DNA of 64,000 nt. Source: Flaccisagitta enflata (Eukaryota). The number at the start of each line of letters is the position of its first letter. The first letter of the stretch is position 1. The stretch is from assembly GCA_965153355.1 (NCBI GenBank), contig OZ231126.1, forward strand, positions 35,464,001 to 35,528,000, given 5' to 3'. This document shows, one piece after another, positions 57,307-64,000 of the stretch. The notes beneath the pieces are model-generated. The model saw nothing but the letters and a program-made list of their open reading frames with translations. It ran no database searches and had not been told where the DNA came from. The translations under genes were made by a program, and so were the position numbers.

Positions 57307-57382
57307 GCCTGTGGTTGCTGCCGCGTTTGCGGCAAGATTAGCGTTTCTTTGTTCCGCTGCCATGACGCGTGCTCCAAACGCT
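56813..57382 (-). CDS. 3' end of an unidentified gene, exons 57382-57305 and 57042-56813; 5' part lost in or beyond the gap
   Basis: AG/GT-bounded exons join in phase 1: ..RLEHASWQRNKETLILPQTRQQPQAGTRMRSAERLLTNLQYEDALTEADELGLDIPTTTSELLQQAIQAFSEFESVTENHEEEIEEEVIFEWENLDEFSVK*. Confidence 0.6.
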
Positions 57383-57631
57383 CTGTATTTAAGGATCAGA
57401 GTTGTCCATCGATGAGCATGTGTGGGGGGGGGTGGATAGGGGCCGGACACCCCGGCTTACCCGTCTGCAACATTATTGTAACCCCGCGTCCCTTGCTAAG
57501 AGTGATATTGTACCTCAAAGAGAGAGTATGTTTATCAGTCCAATGATCAGTCCTTTGGTAAGTCCATTTGTTAGTTGGTCGCGCTTTTGTACCTTGCTCA
57601 GGCTTTTCAATTGAAAATGAGACTAAACATT

Positions 57632-57663
57632 NNNNNNNNNNNNNNNNNNNNNNNNNNNNNNNN
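57632..57663. other. Assembly gap
   Basis: Run of N. Confidence 1.
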
Positions 57664-57674
57664 NCAGTGAATAG

Positions 57675-57747
<73 letters not shown>

Positions 57748-58456
57748 GGAGGACACCAGTGACATGAGGGGCTAGCGGGGTAAGAATTAGTGTTGAGTCT
57801 TTTTTGCTCTTTGCTGAATCTACCCCTTCATTTTCCCCAAAAAGCCCTTTATATATGCATATGTATATATAAAGAGGGTTTTGAAGAAAATGAGCAACCT
57901 TCTGAGCGGATAAACAAAACATGCTTAACATGTATTCTGACCCCGCTAGCCCCTCTTGTCACTGGTCTCTCCCTTACTGTGTACCATTTAGTCATTCAGT
58001 ATGACTCAATCTGTGTCATCAAGATGTACCTACTCGACTTAGATTCTGATTGACTGAACATGTCCCTTTGAAGATGGTAAAAAATCTTGAGTCAGTGCCA
58101 TTCAATAAATCATAATCAAATGTCACAGTAAGTAAAAAGAAGCACCACAAAGGGTTAAGGCAAATGTCAAAATAAGTAAACACAAATGTCACAATTGGTA
58201 AAAACAAACGCCACCTCTTCACCTTGATTACTATGGCCCTAACTAAAGAACATATGAACTGCTACCACAGTCATGTCCAAATATGTAATTCTGATTGTCT
58301 CAAATTGAGTCTTACTGAATGACTGAATGGTCTGTCTCTCTCTTTTTCTCTTTCTCTCTCACTCTCACTCTTTGAACTTGTGAACTACAACTACTACCAT
58401 CCCCAAATATGTGCATCTGATTGTCACTGATTGAGACATTCTGATACAGTGAATAG

Positions 58457-58527
<71 letters not shown>

Positions 58528-59230
58528 GGAGGAGACCAGTGACATGAGGGGCTAGCGGGGTGAGAATTAGTGTTGAGTCCTTTTTGCTCTTGGTTGAATC
58601 TACCCCTTCAATTTCCCCAAAAGTCCTTTATATATATGCATATGTATATATAAAGAGGGTTTTGAAGAAAATGAGCAACCTTCTGAGCAGATAAAGAAAA
58701 CATGCTTAACATGTATTCTGACCCCGCTAGCCCCTCTTGTCACTGGTCTTTCCCTTATTGGGAACCATTTAATCATTTAACATGACTCAATCTGAGTCAA
58801 TAAGATGTACCAACTTTACTCGGTCTCTGATAGATTGAATATGTCCCTTTAAAGATAGCGTTAAATCACAACTCAGTCTCATTTAAAATATCAAAATCAA
58901 ATGTCACAGTAGGCAAAAAAAGCCTCGCAAAGAGTAAAGGCAGATGTTACTTTTAGTAAACACACATGTCACTATGGCTAAATACAACTGTCACCAAATG
59001 CACATCAATCCCTTTTCAACTTTATCACTTTGGCTCAACTAATAGACTCTCTCTCTCTCTCTCTCCCTCTCTCTCTCTCTCTGAGCTGGAAGAACTACAA
59101 CCAATGCCATGGCCAAAAATGTGCATCTGATTGTCTCTCATTGAGTCATGCAAAGTGACTGAATGGTCTCTCTCTCTCTCTCTTCTCTCTCTCTGTCTCT
59201 CTTTCTCTCTTTCTCTCTCTCTCTCTGAGA
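57664..59230. repeat. Tandem duplication of ~783 bp; each unit contains a ~235-bp foldback/MITE (57744-57977, ~58524-58758)
   Basis: CAGTGAATAGGG(TC)n recurs at 57664 and 58447; ~45 bp inverted repeat GTAAGGAGGACACCAGTGACATGAGGGGCTAGCGGGGT / ACCCCGCTAGCCCCTCTTGTCACTGGTCTCTCCCTTAC. Confidence 0.9.
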
Positions 59231-59345
59231 CTTTTAAAACTTTCTTTAGAAGAAAAAAACAAACGTCATCCAAATTTCTGTCTTTCTGACTGTTTGTCTG
59301 TCTTTTTTTCTATTCATTCTAGAAAATCTGAGTTTGAAGGTCCTT

Positions 59346-59391
<46 letters not shown>

Positions 59392-59467
59392 ACTTGAGAC
59401 TTTTGAAACTTTCTTCACAAGAAAAAAACAAACGTCGTCGTTGAAACTTTCTGTCTGAGTTTGACTG

Positions 59468-59529
<62 letters not shown>

Positions 59530-59714
59530 AACTCATTGAGACATACGAAACATTCTTCAGGGAAAAAAATAGACGCTGTCATATTTTCTATCTCAATGAC
59601 TATCTCTCTGGCTTTTTTCTATCCACTAGAATTAAAGATATTTTCTACCCTCTCTCTCACCGCTTACCTCACCTCTCGCCGTTTACCTCACCTCTCGCTG
59701 CTGAGCTCTCTGTG

Positions 59715-59770
59715 GCAGCCAATCATGATTTGTTTTACGTCGGCTGTAATAATGATTAGAACCAATCATA
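59715..59770 (+). promoter_or_regulatory. Two CCAAT boxes upstream of the zinc-finger-like gene
   Basis: AGCCAATCA (~59717) and AACCAATCA (~59760), about 240-280 bp before the ATG. Confidence 0.45.
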
Positions 59771-59998
59771 TCTTAGCGTTCATCCGGTGAGTTTTCTGCT
59801 CTCTCAATTTCCTCCTCCTCCTCCTCCTTCTCCTTCTCCGCCTTACCTTTGGAAGACATTTTAATCATTACTCATTTTATCTCGAAGCTTCGTTTAGTTC
59901 ATGCTGATAAATCGTGTTACCGTCTCGTGGGTTTGGTTAAACTTTCTAACACAAAATCCTACGACTCACTCTTGGTACGGTGTCTGTTTGGACTCAAG

Positions 59999-61491
59999 AT
60001 GGGAAAGGGCAAACGAAAGCGCCATCGACGGGATGGAAGTTCCTCCGTCCCTTCAGCGAAAAAGCCCAACGTTTCTAAGGATTCTCCGTCTCCGAAACAC
60101 ACATCCAGTGACGAATCTTCAAGTGAGGCAGGGCCGAGCGTTCCTTCGCCACGCGGTTCTACGCCAGGTGTTTCTTCGCCGCCCGGTTCTACGCCGCCCG
60201 GTTCTACGCCGCCCGGTTCTACACCCAGCGGTTCTCCGCCCAGCGGTTCTACAGCAAGTGGTTTTCCGCCCAGCGGTTCTACGCCCAGCGGTTCTTCGCC
60301 CAGCGGTTCTTCGGCAAGCAGTTCAACGCCAAGCCGTACATCAAACGGTTCTACACCAAACGGCGCTAACGTAGCGAAGTCGACTTACGATGCGGCCAAT
60401 TCGCTTTGCGGGTCATCTGTTATTGCTTCCAGCTCCCATGTTGATTCCAGTTCAAGTAAGTAACAACTGGCTCTTTGAAATAGTAAAAATTGATAGCTCG
60501 TTTTTTTCTTTTTGCATTGACAGCCTCGTATAATTGTTTGAAATGTGCTCTTCGTTTTTGCTGTAAAAATGGCTCAATATGACATTGTGTTCATGTGACT
60601 TCTAAATTGCCAATTATTAGATAAAGTGAAATAGGCTTTTAACGTCTTAACTTTTTGTGATCTCAGGGCTTCCCAGCACATCCAATTCGGACCATTTTGA
60701 TGCCAAGACACTGGAAACCTGCAGAAAAAGTCTCAACCCTCCACCTCCGCCTCCACCCCCACCCCAAAAAGGTATTGAATGTCTACTGATTTCTTTGAGC
60801 GTTTTGATTATTGCCAAGCAGTTTTTTCATACCTTCTTTTACTCTATTTTCATCAGTGGATTCGCCCTTGAGTGGTCATCAAAAAAAGGGCTCAACTGCT
60901 GACAAAGGTTTCAATGTTCAAGATGTCCCCTGCCCACACTGTGGGGCCAATCTAGAGGGAAAAGTCTGGTCTTTAAAGAATCAATCAGTCACAAAGGTAC
61001 ATCAAAATTAGAGCTAAGATATTTTTCCCAATTTTTTACGCTTTTATCTGTATAGCACAAGCCGATCGCAGGTGTTCATTCTTTAACCTTTTCCCTTCTT
61101 TATTACAGGTCCGTGTTGGCGACGATTGGATAATATTAAATGTGTCAAATGATTTGCGTCTTCCTTGCCTCCTGTGTGTAGCTTCGGACCAAGGGCTTTC
61201 AGACTGGCGCGATGCGAAATTAAAGCCCGAACATTTGCGAAAATTTATGCAAGCGCGGCTAAGACAACACTTGACGAGGTGAGTTGCAAGTTTAGACGAT
61301 CGAAATTGAGCGACATTTGAAGTTGCATTTTTGTTACAGCAATTAGTTTTACTGTCTTTAGGGCGCATGACGGATTAAAAGCGAAGGATGAAAGCGTCAC
61401 AAGCTTGCGCCGCCGAACCAAAGAGCAGCTTTGTTCTTGTCTTCATGAGCTACCAGATTTGGCACCTCCATCAGATCCTGAAGCTTACCAA
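59999..61491 (+). CDS. Multi-exon nuclear Ser/Pro-rich protein with CxxC and atypical C2H2-like motifs (exons 59999-60455, 60667-60771, 60857-60996, 61109-61278, 61362-61491); 3' end beyond the window
   Basis: Five GT-AG exons with consistent phases (1,1,0,2) and no stops. Basic NLS-like MGKGKRKRHRR, 15-bp repeats encoding PPGST/PSGS, a poly-Pro run, CPHC, and CLLC...FMQARLRQHLTRAH. Confidence 0.85.
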
Positions 61492-61526
61492 GTAATTGTT
61501 GGTTGAATCGTTTGTCTTGTACAATA

Positions 61527-64000
61527 TTTTAATCGCATGCTACGCGACTCTACACCCCGCTTTGTCCATCCATTGGTCCATCTGTCGGTCTGTGTCCGTC
61601 ACACTACTTCTTTTGGGATTTTGTGGTCTTTGGCCTCCAAGCTGTCTGTCGTTCATTGTTATTTATTTATGATAAAAGTCATCTATGTCATGTCTGTCAT
61701 CTATTCATGACGTGCATGTCTCATTCTGACGTGTTTTTTATTTATGACGTGTCTGTTTCTTATTCATGACGTGTCATTTATTTACAATGCGGCATCTATT
61801 TATGACATGTATGTGTCATTGATTCATGACGTGTATGTGTCACATATGACGTGTATGTGTTATGACGTGTATTTGTCATTTATTTATGACGAGTATGTGT
61901 GATTTATTTATGACGTGTATGTGTCATTGATTTATGACGTGTATGTGTCATTGATTTATGACGTGTATGTGTCATTGATTTATGACGTGTATGTGTCATT
62001 GATTTATGACGTGTATGTGTCATTGATTTATGACGTGTATGTGTCATTGATTTATGACGTGTATGTGTCATTGATTTATGACGTACATGTGTCATTGATT
62101 TATGACGTACATGTGTCATTGATTTATGACGTGTATGTGTCATTGATTTATGACGTGTATGTGTCATTGATTTATGACGTGTATGTGTCATTGATTTATG
62201 ACGTGTATGTGTCATTGATTTATGACGTGTATGTGTCATTGATTTATGACGTGTATGTGTCATTGATTTATGACGTGTATGTGTCATTGATTTATGACGT
62301 GTATGTGTCATTGATTTATGACGTGTATGTGTCATTGATTTATGACGTGTATGTGTCATTGATTTATGACGTGTATGTGTCATTGATTTATGACGTGTAT
62401 GTGTCATTGATTTATGACGTGTATGTGTCACTGATTTATGACGTGTATGTGTCACTGATTTATGACGTGTATGTGTCACTGATTTATGACGTGTATGTCA
62501 GATTTATGACGTGTATGTGTCACTGATTTATGACGTGTATGTGTCACTGATTTACGACGTGTATGTGTCATTGATTTACGACGTGTATGTGTCATTGATT
62601 TACGACGTGTATGTGTCATTGATTTACGACGTGTATGTGTCATTGATTTATGACGTGTATGTGTCATTGATTTATGACGTGTATGTGTCATTGATTTATG
62701 ACGTACATGTGTCATTGATTTATGACGTACATGTGTCATTGATTTATGACGTACATGTGTCATTGATTTATGACGTGTATGTGTCATTGATTTATGACGT
62801 GTATGTGTCATTGATTTATGACGTGTATGTGTCATTGATTTATGACGTGTATGTGTCATTGATTTATGACGTGTATGTGTCATTGATTTATGACGTGTAT
62901 GTGTCACTGATTTATGACGTGTATGTGTCACTGATTTATGACGTGTATGTGTCACTGATTTATGACGTGTATGTCAGATTTATGACGTGTATGTGTCACT
63001 GATTTATGACGTGTATGTGTCACTGATTTACGACGTGTATGTGTCATTGATTTACGACGTGTATGTGTCATTGATTTACGACGTGTATGTGTCATTGATT
63101 TACGACGTGTATGTGTCATTGATTTACGACGTGTATGTGTCATTGATTTACGGCGTGTATGTGTCATTGATTTACGGCGTGTATGTGTCATTGATTTACG
63201 ACGTGTATGTGTCATTGATTTACGACGTGTATGTGTCATTGATTTACGACGTGTATGTGTCATTGATTTATAACATACATGTGTCATTGATTTATGACGT
63301 ACGTGTGTCATTGATTTATGACGTACGTGTGTCATTGATTTATGACGTACGTGTGTCATTGATTTATGACGTACGTGTGTCATTGATTTATGACGTACGT
63401 GTGTCATTGATTTATGACGTACGTGTGTCATTGATTTATGACGTACGTGTGTCATTGATTTATGACGTACGTGTGTCATTGATTTATGACGTACGTGTGT
63501 CATTGATTTATGACGTACGTGTGTCATTGATTTATGACGTACGTGTGTCATTGATTTATGACGTACGTGTGTCATTGATTTATGACGTACGTGTGTCATT
63601 GATTTATGACGTACGTGTGTCATTGATTTATGACGTACGTGTGTCATTGATTTATGACGTACGTGTGTCATTGATTTATGACGTACGTGTGTCATTGATT
63701 TATGACGTACGTGTGTCATTGATTTATGACGTACGTGTGTCATTGATTTATGACGTACGTGTGTCATTGATTTATGACGTACGTGTGTCATTGATTTATG
63801 ACGTACGTGTGTCATTGATTTATGACGTACGTGTGTCATTGATTTATGACGTACGTGTGTCATTGATTTATGACGTACGTGTGTGTCATTGATTTATGAC
63901 GTACGTGTGTGTCATTGATTTATGACGTACGTGTGTGTCATTGATTTATGACGTACGTGTGTGTCAAATATGGCCCCTCCCCACCCGCACGTGACCGGGG
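61527..64000 (+). mobile_element. HINE-like element with a greatly expanded central array, in the intron after exon 5
   Basis: 5' TTTTAATCGCATGCTACGCGACTCTACACCCCGCTTTGTCC at ~61527 and 3'-type motif GCCCCTCCCCACCCGCACGTGACCGGGG at the window end, both matching the ends of the short element at 8246-8470. Confidence 0.75.
61790..63966. repeat. 24-bp satellite array (GTGTCATTGATTTATGACGTGTAT and variants)
   Basis: Head-to-tail 24-bp units over ~2.2 kb, no spacers; variant blocks. Confidence 0.99.

Noticed and set aside
61790..63966. CRISPR array or coding repeat (MTHTRHKS / YVSLIYDV ORFs)
   Set aside because: Units are contiguous with no unique spacers, there are no cas genes, and the context is eukaryotic; the ORFs only reflect a stop-free 24-bp unit.

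Overview
Repeat-rich animal (metazoan) nuclear DNA with spliceosomal introns, dense microsatellites and two short N gaps (38365-38397, 57632-57663). It is not prokaryotic, and I found no CRISPR array, rRNA or tRNA. Main structure: (1) Two near-identical defective DNA transposons with Academ-like features (TAG..CTA ends, 3-bp target-site duplication (TSD), decayed transposase) sit in inverted orientation about 1 kb apart (<1-1764 and 2745-5649), forming a multi-kb palindrome. (2) A ~14-15 kb block occurs twice in direct orientation (copy A 1765-16506, copy B 41627-55653). Comparing the copies gives filled and empty sites for about nine insertions of different TSD classes; copy B lies on a gap-bounded contig and may be the other haplotype. 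(3) Many Helentron-associated (HINE/DINE-1-like) elements carry different central tandem arrays, one expanded into a ~2.2 kb 24-bp satellite. (4) Four spliced or partial gene models are recognisable: a small secreted protein with dibasic sites (in both copies), a 173-aa ORF with a Cys-rich tail, the 3' end of an acidic-tail gene, and a 5-exon Ser/Pro-rich zinc-finger-like gene. Almost all other listed ORFs are microsatellite or repeat artefacts. I see no clear evidence of a wholly new biological system; the best leads are listed as findings. Family names rest on terminal, TSD and protein-motif recognition, not on database searches.
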